Shown here piece by piece: positions 28,404 to 39,265 of a stretch of DNA of 64,000 nt; the stretch's first letter is position 1, and the number at the start of each line of letters is the position of its first letter. Below the pieces are notes generated by a model. It did not search any database. It saw only the letters and a list, made by a program, of their open reading frames with translations, and had not been told where the DNA came from. Position numbers and translations under genes: made by a program. The stretch comes from a virus (taxonomy: Duplodnaviria > Caudoviricetes), in IMG/VR virus record IMGVR_UViG_3300021255_004427, positions 160,102 to 224,101 of that record; one strand, written 5' to 3'.

Positions 28404-29243
28404 TTAGCTCGCTTTCTTGCGACGCTGTTCGTAGTTCTGTTTTATTTCCTGCTGTTTCTCAGGGGACAATGCGCGGTATCTGTCTCCCACAGGAAGGTCT
28501 AGTTCGCTTCTGGGGATATACACCTTATTTTCACGAGACAAACGGATAGTATCCAAATGCTTTGCTGTATGCGAGATACGTTCCATCTGCTCGCGAATAA
28601 CCCCGGCCAATGTTGCCAACGGCTTTAAGTCTTCCTGTGCGTTCTTAAATGCCTGCCGTTTTACTTCTAAATGATGGCCAAGTTGGTAAAGCTTAAAACC
28701 TTCATAAGCATTGCGCTTGGGCATCCGAAGTTCATGCAGGAAATCCTGTAACTCCCTGTCTGCTTCAGACACCTTGGAAGAACAGTATGAATACTGCGCT
28801 TCTACATTTTCCATCATTTCAATGAAGTCTTTTAGAACTTTTCGATAGCCCAGTATAGGGGCCATTTTGGGGTTATTGACGATGTAATATTCCGGATTTT
28901 CCTGCTCAGCGGTAAAACGATACTGGGCAAGCCCGGATTTTTTAGCCTGAGCCTTTACCGAAAGCTTCGGCGACGGTTTTTCTTGCTGCGGCCCTGTTTT
29001 TTCTGCAGGCATCACAGTATTTGTCTGGATAACCTTAAATGTGGTTTCTGGTCTTGTTTCAGCCGCTTTCTGCATGCGTTCATCCAGAGATATGTTGCTG
29101 TCCGCTGCAACCTGCTCTCTATTTTTTGCTTCCATCTCTTTGATCTTGTCAAAGAGTTGGTCCGTGCTGGAACGGCACGCTTTTGATCCATTGTTTGCTA
29201 ACAGCTTTTTTACATCTAACCTACGTTTCTTTCCGTATTTCAT
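28404..29243 (-). CDS. Hypothetical coiled-coil protein
   Basis: 279-aa ORF, RBS GGAGGG, TTTACT-17-TAAAAT promoter at 29306-29334. Confidence 0.65.
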   Translation of the reverse strand: MKYGKKRRLDVKKLLANNGSKACRSSTDQLFDKIKEMEAKNREQVAADSNISLDERMQKAAETRPETTFKVIQTNTVMPAEKTGPQQEKPSPKLSVKAQAKKSGLAQYRFTAEQENPEYYIVNNPKMAPILGYRKVLKDFIEMMENVEAQYSYCSSKVSEADRELQDFLHELRMPKRNAYEGFKLYQLGHHLEVKRQAFKNAQEDLKPLATLAGVIREQMERISHTAKHLDTIRLSRENKVYIPRSELDLPVGDRYRALSPEKQQEIKQNYEQRRKKAS

Positions 29244-29313
29244 GGGGGCATTTACCCCTCCCTTCTTTGGATAGGTTGAATTTATTTGTGCTCTACCTGT
29301 CCTTTATTTTATC

Positions 29314-29334
29314 ACAAAACATGTAAGAAGTAAA
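29314..29334. promoter_or_regulatory. Repeated operator-like 21-mer, copy A
   Basis: ACAAAACATGTAAGAAGTAAA; exact reverse complement at 61987-62007. Confidence 0.65.
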
Positions 29335-29340
29335 CACTAC

Positions 29341-29529
29341 TTACATGATTTTAACTACGCCGGGAATATTAAGTAGTTCGGCGATGCGCTCTTTTTCATG
29401 CTCGTGGCGGCATTTTCCACATACATATCCATAGGTTACAAAATCTGTGCCCTGGATTTGGTTTTCTTCCGTTGCTTCAATTTCTTTCCCGCAGATCTTA
29501 CATTTGCAAATCATAGCTTTGTCTGTCAT
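29341..29529 (-). CDS. Small zinc-ribbon protein
   Basis: CKICG...CGKC. Confidence 0.6.
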   Translation of the reverse strand: MTDKAMICKCKICGKEIEATEENQIQGTDFVTYGYVCGKCRHEHEKERIAELLNIPGVVKIM

Positions 29530-29546
29530 AAAAATCATCCCTTCTT

Positions 29547-29918
29547 TTATAAACTTTCTCTTTTTAAGGCCACGCCGCGCCGGCCCAACTTGATACCGTA
29601 TTGAATGCAGTCTTCCGCAAACAACTTGAATGCGTCCTCGAATGCATCTACAATTATGTCTTTCTCTTCTTCGCTAAAATCCGGAAGCATACGAATTATG
29701 TTGATGAGGCCGTCCTTGGACTGTACTGATAATGGCGACAACGCCTTATTGATATCAATATTTTCCACAGCTTCCTCCTGTGGCCGAAAGGCCACTATAC
29801 GTTTTCTAAATTCCTCAATGGGTAAAAGTTCCACCAATCCTTCCACCTGCCCTAAATAAAAAATAAGCCGCCCAGAAACGGGCGGCCGGTTATTATGCTG
29901 CGGCAATCTCCGCGGCAT
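29547..29918 (-). CDS. Hypothetical protein (true start probably near 29840)
   Basis: ORF in operon orientation filling the gap. Confidence 0.5.
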   Translation of the reverse strand: MPRRLPQHNNRPPVSGRLIFYLGQVEGLVELLPIEEFRKRIVAFRPQEEAVENIDINKALSPLSVQSKDGLINIIRMLPDFSEEEKDIIVDAFEDAFKLFAEDCIQYGIKLGRRGVALKRESL

Positions 29919-30582
29919 GGTCTTTCAGATCATGGGCCAGGATTAGCTGAGCCCAGGACTCAAACTTATTAAAATTGCGTAACAGATCTTTTGGGGTCAT
30001 CCATATACCAGCAAGGGTATCTGTCTCCCGAATTGACACCTTACCGCACTCATCTGCATCGATAACCATGTTATATACCAGACCGAAGTGATCCGGCGTG
30101 GTGCTCTTAAGATCGCGCACTGTGCCGTGCTCAATTATCTTAATTGCGGTCTTCGGAATATTGTCCAGAACGAGTTCTTCATTCAGCTCACGATTAAGGC
30201 TGTTAAGCATCATGCTCTGAACACCGCTGCGGTTGTCATCGCAGGGATTGACATGACCGCCAAAGCCTAAAGACATTTTGCCTTCCAGTCTTTTATCACC
30301 CTTAAGACGCTGGGAGACAAAATACTCGCCCTTCGTGTTGGATACGAGAACATACGGGATGGCCTGTACAACGCCAATGTTGCCTTCAGCATCAGCTCGC
30401 TCGATAAACTTACCGTAAGGCAAAACCGCGCAGAACACGGACTTGGGAGTCTGTTTTTTGTTCCACGCGGTGAAACCATCATCTATAATCCCCGTCTGGG
30501 GGAACGGCACGACGTATACACGCTCATTGCCGTATTTTTCCTTTAGCTCTTCGTACCTTTGCTGTGTAATGTCCTTACGCAT
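29893..30582 (-). CDS. NUDIX-fold phosphoesterase
   Basis: QAIPYVLV, SLGFGGHVN, RELNEEL, FESWAQ. Confidence 0.8.
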   Translation of the reverse strand: MRKDITQQRYEELKEKYGNERVYVVPFPQTGIIDDGFTAWNKKQTPKSVFCAVLPYGKFIERADAEGNIGVVQAIPYVLVSNTKGEYFVSQRLKGDKRLEGKMSLGFGGHVNPCDDNRSGVQSMMLNSLNRELNEELVLDNIPKTAIKIIEHGTVRDLKSTTPDHFGLVYNMVIDADECGKVSIRETDTLAGIWMTPKDLLRNFNKFESWAQLILAHDLKDHAAEIAAA

Positions 30583-30845
30583 CAGTCGAACTTCAGCTGG
30601 GACTTGAAACCGAGCTTGTTCGTCTCAGCAATTTCGATAGCTTCGCCGGTCTGCGGGTTGCGGCCGGTACGTGCATTGGTGTGCTTCTTGAAGAACTTAC
30701 CATAGCCGATAAAACGCACTTCTTCGCCCGCTTCTACCTTTTCTGCAATAGTCTTCCAGAATGCATTCAGAACGGCCTTGGTATCCTTCGTGCATACACC
30801 CGTGTTTTCAGCAATCTGGCTAGTGAGTTCATTAATTCCGATCAT
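30582..30845 (-). CDS. hup: HU-family DNA-binding protein
   Basis: VRFIGYGKF...ARTGRNPQTGEAIEI. Confidence 0.92.
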   Translation of the reverse strand: MIGINELTSQIAENTGVCTKDTKAVLNAFWKTIAEKVEAGEEVRFIGYGKFFKKHTNARTGRNPQTGEAIEIAETNKLGFKSQLKFD

Positions 30846-30874
30846 TTTTACATTTTCCTCTCTTGATTGAAAAA

Positions 30875-31246
30875 TTACTTTAAGAAATAGCTGGTAGCAA
30901 AACGTACCTTGCTGGGCTTAATCTTAAGTTTAGCCCCCAAGCACTGCAGCAAGCAGTCCGAACAAACTGGGTCGTACCGATGCGGAAGCTCCATAGCTTT
31001 GCGGACAAAACCGCAATCGCTTTTTGCATTAAGCCGGTAGTATGATTTTGGCGGCTCAAAATACTTCCAGACACAATCCAGTTGTACCTTGCGTCCCGTT
31101 GCGACATGCACGAACGTAGCTCCATTAGCGCTATCCCGGCGAAATACATCCGATGGTTCATCCATCAGAGCCCGCCGGAGGTCGCCACAGTCCGCGCCAT
31201 CTATGTTGCGATTGCCGTATTCTGCGATAAGGTCAATGGTTTCCAT
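30875..31246 (-). CDS. Hypothetical Cys-rich protein
   Basis: ORF in operon; VCSDCL. Confidence 0.55.
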   Translation of the reverse strand: METIDLIAEYGNRNIDGADCGDLRRALMDEPSDVFRRDSANGATFVHVATGRKVQLDCVWKYFEPPKSYYRLNAKSDCGFVRKAMELPHRYDPVCSDCLLQCLGAKLKIKPSKVRFATSYFLK

Positions 31247-31258
31247 ACAGACACCACC

Positions 31259-31672
31259 TTAATCATCGCAGTTATGGCAGATAAAAGTGTTTGAGGTTTC
31301 ACCCGTGAACGGGTCAAGCATGGTTGTGAGATCACCACAATTGCCACAAACCTTCTGCCCGCATTCGCCGCAGGTATAGATATTTTCGCTTTCCTTGCCG
31401 CAGATTGAACATACACCTTTTTCACTTGCCGGCTTCTCATCATCCTCTGTATCTTTATTGACCAGACGAGAGAGCTCATTAAGTGAAAGTTCCGGGTGCT
31501 CATCCTTGACAACGGGCTTTGCCGTTTCGTTTTGCGTTTTGCTATTCTCTTTACTCAGGCACATGCGACAGTTAAATTCTAACTGCCCCAGCTGCGCCAG
31601 CGTTTGGAAATGCTGGACATATCTGCAAACCTGATTATGTAGACATACCCTGCAATCTTTCGCTTCTGACAT
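31259..31672 (-). CDS. Multi-zinc-finger hypothetical protein
   Basis: CRVCLHNQVC, CSICG, CGECG, CGNCG, CHNC. Confidence 0.7.
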   Translation of the reverse strand: MSEAKDCRVCLHNQVCRYVQHFQTLAQLGQLEFNCRMCLSKENSKTQNETAKPVVKDEHPELSLNELSRLVNKDTEDDEKPASEKGVCSICGKESENIYTCGECGQKVCGNCGDLTTMLDPFTGETSNTFICHNCDD

Positions 31673-31713
31673 AATATTAACACCTTCTTACATCTTTTGT
31701 CAAGAAAAATTAG

Positions 31714-32880
31714 TTAAGCTGTCCACAGACCGAATCTCTTACTGACAAATTGTTTGGCAATAAAAGCTTCGTCCGGGTCATCTATGGATTCCAAAATGCG
31801 GCGGATACCAGGCATAGCAGCTTGTTGCTTGGCCATGATGGCCGCATCCACACCATCTATGATATCCTTTAGTGCATAATGCGAATAAGACATTGTATGG
31901 GATTCTACAAAGGGTTTGAGGTACTCCTTCATATCCTTGCCTAAATCGGCAATATCCCGATTGTCCGGCAGTACAACAATTTTGCTGTTGTGTACCCCTG
32001 CAGATACCAGTGCTTCCATAGCTTTTACCATGCCTGCCCGCCCCGCCTTATCATTATCGTAACATACAATGGGGCTGAAACCATGTTCCTTTATGTACTT
32101 GATATGACTTTCGGAAAGCGAGCTTGTCATGGTGGCTACCGCATTTGGTATGCCGTATTTATCCGCAATAATCGCATCTACTTGCCCTTCTACAATGAAA
32201 AGGGATTTATTCCTGCGATTTACGAAATTGATCCCATAGAAATTATCTTTCTTCTTAAACCATTTTGAGGCACTGGTGTTTTTATACTTACCTCCGGTCT
32301 CCTGCGCTTTTTGTGTAAAAGCCCTGTTTGAAAAACCGATAACTTCTCCAATGGCATTAAAGATGGGAAACGTTATTCGCTCCCCATCAAATCCTAAATG
32401 CCATTTTTTTATATCATTGTCGTTCAGGCCGCGGAAATACAGATAGTTCCTTACAAAATCGGTAAGGTTCTTTTCATATTTCTTGCAGTCAGCCATGTTC
32501 TTTTGGAATACGGAATCTGTTTTCCTTTCTTCCATAGGGATGCCGTAATAGTCTGCGACCATTTTAACGGCCTGCGGAAAGCTCAGCACTTGTCCAGTTT
32601 CGTTGTAGTGCATCCATCGGGCAAAAGCGATATTATCGCTGCCGCCTAACTGGTCACCACCCACAGCGTCATGATGGCAGCCATAACAGCACCATGACTC
32701 AATACCATTGGCATTATTGGTATATACAGTGAAAGACGCTGTACCGTCATCATGGCTGGGGTTAGGACACTTTCCTTGCAAAATACCAGAACCGGCCGGG
32801 GAAAGTCTGGTGTAACGGCTGGCAAGTCCCTGGACTCCCAGCCTCTTTATCGTATCAATGAAACCAGGAGATAGGGACAT
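31714..32880 (-). CDS. dnaG: DNA primase (CHC2 zinc finger + TOPRIM)
   Basis: CPNPSHDDGTASF..CYGC, RITFPI, KYKNT, IVEGQVD, CYDNDKAG. Confidence 0.92.
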   Translation of the reverse strand: MSLSPGFIDTIKRLGVQGLASRYTRLSPAGSGILQGKCPNPSHDDGTASFTVYTNNANGIESWCCYGCHHDAVGGDQLGGSDNIAFARWMHYNETGQVLSFPQAVKMVADYYGIPMEERKTDSVFQKNMADCKKYEKNLTDFVRNYLYFRGLNDNDIKKWHLGFDGERITFPIFNAIGEVIGFSNRAFTQKAQETGGKYKNTSASKWFKKKDNFYGINFVNRRNKSLFIVEGQVDAIIADKYGIPNAVATMTSSLSESHIKYIKEHGFSPIVCYDNDKAGRAGMVKAMEALVSAGVHNSKIVVLPDNRDIADLGKDMKEYLKPFVESHTMSYSHYALKDIIDGVDAAIMAKQQAAMPGIRRILESIDDPDEAFIAKQFVSKRFGLWTA

Positions 32881-32883
32881 AAC

Positions 32884-33492
32884 TTATGCCGCCTCCTCTG
32901 CCGCCTTATTAGCCTTTTTACGTGGCTTTGCAATGCTTACCTGCAAGCCATCCTTCTTTTCGATATGAACGCCATGGATGACATTGCCATTGCCATCCAC
33001 GAAGTAGTGGCCGGACTCGTCCTTGCTCAGAAGGGAGCGCAGCTTAGTTTTGTTGATTGCCACTTTATCTTCGGCGCATTGGCCAAAGAGTTCGCTTTCA
33101 CGCAGATATTTGATAAGCTCAGCATCGTCTTCGATTTCCACGGAACCGACGTCTTCCTTGAGCTGCACATTGCCATGCAAAAGGGGATAAGACCCTTTCT
33201 TGCCTTTGAGTTTGTTCATGGTGTACGTTTTGAGCTGCTCGGTACGATACTCTACAAAATTGCGGAGGCGGCCATTAAGACGCTCCTCATAATCTTCAAG
33301 CATCTCCTTTAGCTCAGCCTTCTTGGCTTTAATGAGCTTATCGTTTTCTTCCATCTTTGCCTTGGCCCAGAGAACTTTGGCCAGGGCATCATCAGCTGCA
33401 TCATCATCCTCAAAAGCGGGAATGACGACTTCTTCGGTGGAAACTACTTTTTCGGTTTCCTTTTCGGACATAAAATCCAAAAGCATGCCCAT
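32884..33492 (-). CDS. Mu Gam-like host-nuclease inhibitor
   Basis: Coiled coil then KGSYPLLHGNVQLK and INKTKLR pattern. Confidence 0.7.
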   Translation of the reverse strand: MGMLLDFMSEKETEKVVSTEEVVIPAFEDDDAADDALAKVLWAKAKMEENDKLIKAKKAELKEMLEDYEERLNGRLRNFVEYRTEQLKTYTMNKLKGKKGSYPLLHGNVQLKEDVGSVEIEDDAELIKYLRESELFGQCAEDKVAINKTKLRSLLSKDESGHYFVDGNGNVIHGVHIEKKDGLQVSIAKPRKKANKAAEEAA

Positions 33493-33509
33493 GAAAAATC
33501 AGTCCTTTC

Positions 33510-35264
33510 TTACTCCAGGATGCGCTCAGCGTATCCCTTTTTCTTCGTTACAATCTTTTCGGCAATCTCGTCCCAGCTGTGCCGCATGAGCAGCTGGAAT
33601 ACAAACACGTTTTTGTGAATAGAATCTGCGCGCTGTATACGCCCATGCCTCTGCGTCTGTTTTGCCGCAGAGTCGGCCAGCTCGAATTCAATCATGTATT
33701 TCGTAGAACTAAGATTTAAACCGGCCTCCCCACTGTCTGTCAGGAGAAGAATATCGTGTTTATCCAGTGTCTTATGTCTCCGCAACGCTTCGGTGCGTTC
33801 TTCTGCGGAAGAACTCCCCAGAATACAGTCTACTTCAATGTTTTTGAGCGTTGCAGACTTCTTAAACTCCCGCTTAAGGATATCCTGAATATGGATAAAC
33901 TTAGAGAAAATACAAACCTTTTCTCCGGAAGCGATGATTTTTTCGACCAGTGCTACACAGGTTGAAATCTTACTGGATTCGCTGCCGGTGATATACTTCT
34001 TGGCCATATTTGACTCAGACATCTGCAGGAGTTCTTCGGTGTCTGCCTGCATCTGTGCAAAGGATTGGCGGGCGGCGATGCCATTTTCAAGTGCTTTGAA
34101 TTCGGCATTGTTAGCTAACTGCGCCGGAGTAAATCTGCCATACATAGCTTTCTTTTTCTCCGACAAATCCTCAATCTCTTTCATGAGGATATCATATGCC
34201 GCTGCCTGCTCTTCTGTTGGTTCACAGTACACCTGTCTTACAATCTGCTGCGGCAGCTGATCTGCAATCTGTTCAAAGGTTCGTTTAAAGATATGCGGCT
34301 CAACTATTTTAGCAAGCTGTTCTTCATTCTGCGAACCGGATACTCGGCCATACCAAAACTTAAGATATGTACGATCAAAGTCCCTTTCGCTCGGGAATAA
34401 ATCCGGTTTTACAAACGAGAATATCCCGAACAAATCCTTTGGGTTCTTTCTGATAGGGGTGGCAGTGGCACCAAAACGATACTTTGCATCGTTAAACTCA
34501 TACAATGCCTTTGACCGCTTTGTCGTATTGCTTTTAATACAGTCTACCTCATCCACATACCAGAACTGGATATTCTGTTTATGAAGCATAAAACGCACAT
34601 ATTCATCTGTGATAACCTCGTAGTTGACCACAAAGATATCATACTTGTCGATATCGAAAGCCTCGATGAATGCCTGCCGGCGCTCCTCTTTTATGCTATC
34701 GATTTCTTTTTTGAGCTTATTAATGCTCTTTGCATTTTTGGATAAATCCTCGGAGAGTTTTTCCAGCTTCTTTTCGCGGCTCTTAATACGAGTATTAAAT
34801 CCTTTGGTAAGAGCCTTGAAGGTAAACAGGGGATTGACCCTTAGGTTGGTAAATTTGCTCACCTCATCCATCCACTGATTCTTAAGTGCTGCTTTGACTA
34901 CAAATACCCCCTTAAGGTCAGGTGTCTTCTGACGCAGCTCTAAGAACGCCCCGAGGCCGATTGGAGTCTTGCCCGCTCCGCATGGGAGCTGTATTACTCC
35001 ATACCCCTTATCGGAGCAAAATGCAATCGCCTGCCGTTGGTAGTCATACGGCTTAAGCTTTAAAAGCTCTCCCGTTTCTGGATTGTTGAACTTATCGTTG
35101 ATTTTCTGCGCCTCTACAGACGAACAGTACCAACTTTTTTTCTTCTCATCGTAAAACTTTTCTGGGAGACTACTAAGGAACTTCGCGTATTCCATGTATT
35201 CTGGTATCGAATTCCCCGTGTACTTGATATAGTAGTATTCGCCATTTTTCTCGAGTTCGATCAT
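33510..35264 (-). CDS. SNF2-family helicase
   Basis: PYDYQ, PCGAGKT, VDEVD, TATPI, GEAGLNL, QRHGRIQR. Confidence 0.88.
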   Translation of the reverse strand: MIELEKNGEYYYIKYTGNSIPEYMEYAKFLSSLPEKFYDEKKKSWYCSSVEAQKINDKFNNPETGELLKLKPYDYQRQAIAFCSDKGYGVIQLPCGAGKTPIGLGAFLELRQKTPDLKGVFVVKAALKNQWMDEVSKFTNLRVNPLFTFKALTKGFNTRIKSREKKLEKLSEDLSKNAKSINKLKKEIDSIKEERRQAFIEAFDIDKYDIFVVNYEVITDEYVRFMLHKQNIQFWYVDEVDCIKSNTTKRSKALYEFNDAKYRFGATATPIRKNPKDLFGIFSFVKPDLFPSERDFDRTYLKFWYGRVSGSQNEEQLAKIVEPHIFKRTFEQIADQLPQQIVRQVYCEPTEEQAAAYDILMKEIEDLSEKKKAMYGRFTPAQLANNAEFKALENGIAARQSFAQMQADTEELLQMSESNMAKKYITGSESSKISTCVALVEKIIASGEKVCIFSKFIHIQDILKREFKKSATLKNIEVDCILGSSSAEERTEALRRHKTLDKHDILLLTDSGEAGLNLSSTKYMIEFELADSAAKQTQRHGRIQRADSIHKNVFVFQLLMRHSWDEIAEKIVTKKKGYAERILE

Positions 35265-35344
35265 TTCTGGTAATTCACTTCCTTTTTGCAAGAAAAGCCC
35301 CGTCACCAGACGAGGCCTCTCTAGGTAGTGTTAATTAGATTTCC

Positions 35345-35818
35345 TCACTGTACGCTAAGCGTATACAGTGTACCTCTTCCTGCGGACACATTATGTTCTT
35401 CGCTCTCATAATGCATCTTATTCGCGGACAGAGCTTCGTACGCAATCTCTAAGGCCAGCATGGCATCTCTGGAAACGCCGCATTGAGTTGAAAGTGCGTC
35501 TGTCATTTTATCAAATACGTCACCGCCGGAGGATAATGCTTTCGCATACGGAGCTATAACCCAGTAAATGTTCGCATTCGGCATTGGGGAAATCTTATTA
35601 AAGATATACTCCCTTTCACGGAGCTTTATCATGGAAGATACAATTTCTTCCCAATCGACTCCGTATGCTTCGCATTCAGCCAACGTTTCTTCGCTGGCTG
35701 CGGGCGAACCATTATCGCCGCAATTCGCGAAATAGAACATAAAACTGTCAAGCTCCTCCTCGCTCAGTCCGTTCAGAAACTCCACTTTCTTTGCTAACAC
35801 TTCGATTTCCTTCACCAA
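35345..35818 (-). CDS. Hypothetical protein
   Basis: RBS AGGAGG, 157-aa ORF. Confidence 0.65.
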   Translation of the reverse strand: MVKEIEVLAKKVEFLNGLSEEELDSFMFYFANCGDNGSPAASEETLAECEAYGVDWEEIVSSMIKLREREYIFNKISPMPNANIYWVIAPYAKALSSGGDVFDKMTDALSTQCGVSRDAMLALEIAYEALSANKMHYESEEHNVSAGRGTLYTLSVQ

Positions 35819-35866
35819 TTTAGGGCTTCCTCCTTGTTGTCCCCCAGGTTAAGGAAGTATATGGAA

Positions 35867-37195
35867 TTATGCTTTCATGGTCATCGTGTTCAGTATTGAA
35901 TGCGTTGTGTCAACTGTTACCTCGGACATTTTACGCATAGCGCGTCCTTGATTTGAGGGGGTAACGTTATCCATAAGAATACTGTAAACCTGACTGTTAA
36001 AGCGATCCATCACAGCCTCAACTCTACCCTTTACAGTCTTTTTGAAAGCTTTGTAATCTTTGATGTTCTCTGCAAAGACTTGCTGATCTCTTTTTAGCTT
36101 TTCGTTTTCGTCGGACAATTTTTTTATCTGACCTTCAACGATTTTCATAGCTTCGAGCTTTTCATTTTGCTCAGATATCTGCTTCTTTTGCTGAGAAACA
36201 TTTTCGCGCACATTGGACAGCTCTTTTCCCTGTTGAGCTATCTTTTCTTTTAACTGGTCGATCTGTTTTAGCAGTTCCAGTTTTTCTTTGTGAAAGTGCG
36301 CCTGTTGCCTGCGGTCATAATTTAATATGCCGCCAAGCAAAGATTCAAGAGACTTCCCTTCAAGACCTTCATCAGCCTGAGTATCGTAAAATTCACATTC
36401 TCTAGTACTGGAGCCGTCCTCTTTAAGGAATTTTTTCACATTCCCTTCTAAGGCGTCCGTCTCCTTCTTAGAGACCTCTAATATAGTAACATTCCCTTGG
36501 TCGCTTGTCAAGTCCTTTTGGGGACTATAGTCACCCTGTAACCTTTCAAAGTCCACATTTATCACAGATTCGTTAGCACTGTTTCTGGTTTTGTGAACAC
36601 AGAATAAGCACTTTCGATCCTCAAATCTGCCCTTATAGGATAATAGCCCTATATCTACCAGATTCTTCAAAAACATATTAACAACGCTTTTTGATTCACG
36701 AGTGTATGCCATTAACCGGGGTCTTTCTATGGTATGATAAATTTCATAATCCTTTGTTGCGATTAAAATGGTATCCAAAATGGTTAATATTTTCATAATG
36801 GCGACTTTTCCTTCGTAGCCGTCATATCCTATTTTTTTCGCGTTGTTAACGACTTCGTCAATAGTCACTTGCTCTAGTTTGCGAAAATTCTTTTCCGTAA
36901 ACTTGTAATTGATAAAATCTTCTTCCGACTGGATTTTTGTGAATGTCATAGTAGACTTTTCGCGTCTAATGCCTCGTTGACTAAGATCCAGCTCGGGAAT
37001 AATCATTTTGCCTGTAAAAGGCAATATTCTACGAACATACATAGCCTTTCGGTCATTAGAGATAACATTGTTCTTATCGAATACTTCGTACAGGGTTTTG
37101 TTTGTTAGAAACGTTTTTTTACCGGGGACTAAATGGGCCGCTACAACATTAGCTAATGCGTCGACATTCATTTTATTTTCCATCACAAATCTCAT
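35867..37195 (-). CDS. Hypothetical protein, possible winged helix plus coiled coil
   Basis: KSVVNMFLKNLVDIGLLSY wHTH-like segment; C-terminal coiled coil. Confidence 0.55.
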   Translation of the reverse strand: MRFVMENKMNVDALANVVAAHLVPGKKTFLTNKTLYEVFDKNNVISNDRKAMYVRRILPFTGKMIIPELDLSQRGIRREKSTMTFTKIQSEEDFINYKFTEKNFRKLEQVTIDEVVNNAKKIGYDGYEGKVAIMKILTILDTILIATKDYEIYHTIERPRLMAYTRESKSVVNMFLKNLVDIGLLSYKGRFEDRKCLFCVHKTRNSANESVINVDFERLQGDYSPQKDLTSDQGNVTILEVSKKETDALEGNVKKFLKEDGSSTRECEFYDTQADEGLEGKSLESLLGGILNYDRRQQAHFHKEKLELLKQIDQLKEKIAQQGKELSNVRENVSQQKKQISEQNEKLEAMKIVEGQIKKLSDENEKLKRDQQVFAENIKDYKAFKKTVKGRVEAVMDRFNSQVYSILMDNVTPSNQGRAMRKMSEVTVDTTHSILNTMTMKA

Positions 37196-37228
37196 CCTCT
37201 CAGTTTATGTCCCCGAAGCTATAAGTGA

Positions 37229-39208
37229 TTAAGCACACACATCCATATACTGGCTATCGATTTGCTTGATAAATGGTGAAGGGGCTATCGCCCGCGTTCT
37301 TCCGTTCTGCATAATGGTCTGCGTGCTGCAAATAACAAGATATTCTTCTGCCCTTGTCATTGCGACATAAAAGAGTCTTCGTTCCTCTTCCACGTCTTTT
37401 TCACCTTTACATCTCCAACTCGGGATAATCCCCTCATTTGCCCCGATAATGAACACCATGCGAAACTCCAATCCCTTTGACGCATGCATAGTCATTAATG
37501 TCACTTTGTTTTCCGAGTCCTGAGAATCTTTGTCAGCGGCATTGGTGAGTAGATCTTCAAGAAATTCGCCCATTTCGAGATAAGTACTTGCAATATTTTC
37601 CAGTTCCCTAATGTTCTTGACTCTATCCTGGTAAGCTTCTTCGTTTTTTTCAGACTTCTTCAAGAAGTTTAAATAATCGAAAGTAACCAGGACTTTTTCA
37701 ATTACATCTTTAGGTCTGGCTTCGCTATCTTCTAACCACTGACTAATAGCTTCGAGTTTACCAATGAACGCTGTAAGCTTGGCTTTTCTGGAAACTTCTT
37801 CCTTAATTTTGTTCAAGCACATAATCGCTACGTTCAAATCTATCATAGCATGAGACTTGAAATTTTGCAATAGCAAATCGGTAATTAGCTCAATTGACTT
37901 ATCACCTAATCCGCTTGCATGGGCTTCCAAAACCCTTCTCAAACTACTTGTGTTAGCCGGGTTGTGGATAAAATCTAGGAAGCTGAGAATATCCCGAATT
38001 TCCTTACGACGATAGAAGGATACTCCGCCAACCATGGTATACGGCACCTTCAGTTTTAGGAAAGCATCCTCGATATTACGAGACTGATACGATGTGCGAT
38101 ATAAAATCGCAATGTCGCCATATTTCATGGCGCCGTTGTTTACTAACTTACTTATGGTAGAAGCTACAAACTGAGCCTGTGCTTCTGGTGTAAGTTTTTC
38201 GGCATATACAATCTTCTCACCCACAGCATTCTCGGAGAAAATATGTTTCTCGTCCGGGCGATGATTATACCGAATAAGGCTTTGTGCTGCGTTTACAATT
38301 GTTTGAGTAGAACGATAGTTCTGTTCTAAAAAGAAATTCTTATGCTTCACCTTATTGACCGTGCCAAAAAGCTTGTCAATATCTGCGCCGCGGAAGCCAT
38401 ATATGCACTGATCCGAATCCCCAATGAGGCAAAGATTCTTTGTCTTAGGATTCGTTAAAAGGAACAAGAATTTCACATCGAGCACTGAGGAATCCTGACA
38501 TTCGTCGGCCAGTATATATTTAAACCGTTCGTGGATAATTTCGCGCACTTCGGCGTTCTTCTCCAGAATGGTAGTCATGTTAAAAAGCAAGTCGTCAAAA
38601 TCCATGGCATTCTGCTGACGCAGACGCGCCTGATACTTCATATACACTTGCACAGCGTTCTTGCTGGAAGGAGCATCGCCATATTTAATATTGGCCTGTT
38701 CCGGCGTAAGGTGTTCTCCTTTGAATTTAGAAATCCACCAAAGCGATACTGCCGGCTTATCATTAAGCTCCATGGATTTATGGATCTTACTGACGATTGC
38801 TTCCTGATCATCAGGGTCTATGATCGAAAAGGTGTCTTTATACCCAAGATACGAGCAGAAGCGGCGCAGCTGCCTTGCACAAAAACTGTGGTACGTGCTC
38901 ACGGTTACGCCACGGGCCTCATCACCAATAGCCTTCATGACTCTGGTGTGTACTTCGTTTGCAGCTTTCTTAGTGAAAGAAAACGCAAGGATATTGGTAG
39001 GTTTGACACCGCATTCGATCATATATGCAATCTTCTTTACGAGGGTCGCGGTTTTTCCCGCTCCTGGTCCGGCGCTAACCATTGAAAAACCCTCATAATC
39101 TTGTGCTACCTGTCTCTGTGCCGGATTTAATCCGTCCAGAATCTTCTCCTTACGCTCATTAATTTGCTGCGCAGGAGTACAAAAATCATCTTCATTCATG
39201 AAGCCCAA
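37229..39208 (-). CDS. pcrA: UvrD/PcrA-family SF1 helicase
   Basis: AGPGAGKT, DECQD, GDSDQCIYGFRGA, LEQNYRS, TMHASKGLEF, EERRLFYVAMTRA. Confidence 0.95.
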   Translation of the reverse strand: MGFMNEDDFCTPAQQINERKEKILDGLNPAQRQVAQDYEGFSMVSAGPGAGKTATLVKKIAYMIECGVKPTNILAFSFTKKAANEVHTRVMKAIGDEARGVTVSTYHSFCARQLRRFCSYLGYKDTFSIIDPDDQEAIVSKIHKSMELNDKPAVSLWWISKFKGEHLTPEQANIKYGDAPSSKNAVQVYMKYQARLRQQNAMDFDDLLFNMTTILEKNAEVREIIHERFKYILADECQDSSVLDVKFLFLLTNPKTKNLCLIGDSDQCIYGFRGADIDKLFGTVNKVKHKNFFLEQNYRSTQTIVNAAQSLIRYNHRPDEKHIFSENAVGEKIVYAEKLTPEAQAQFVASTISKLVNNGAMKYGDIAILYRTSYQSRNIEDAFLKLKVPYTMVGGVSFYRRKEIRDILSFLDFIHNPANTSSLRRVLEAHASGLGDKSIELITDLLLQNFKSHAMIDLNVAIMCLNKIKEEVSRKAKLTAFIGKLEAISQWLEDSEARPKDVIEKVLVTFDYLNFLKKSEKNEEAYQDRVKNIRELENIASTYLEMGEFLEDLLTNAADKDSQDSENKVTLMTMHASKGLEFRMVFIIGANEGIIPSWRCKGEKDVEEERRLFYVAMTRAEEYLVICSTQTIMQNGRTRAIAPSPFIKQIDSQYMDVCA

Positions 39209-39265
39209 TGCTTCAACCTCCTATCTCAATCTATATTAAAGGCGGACGAAAATCCGCCCGCCTGC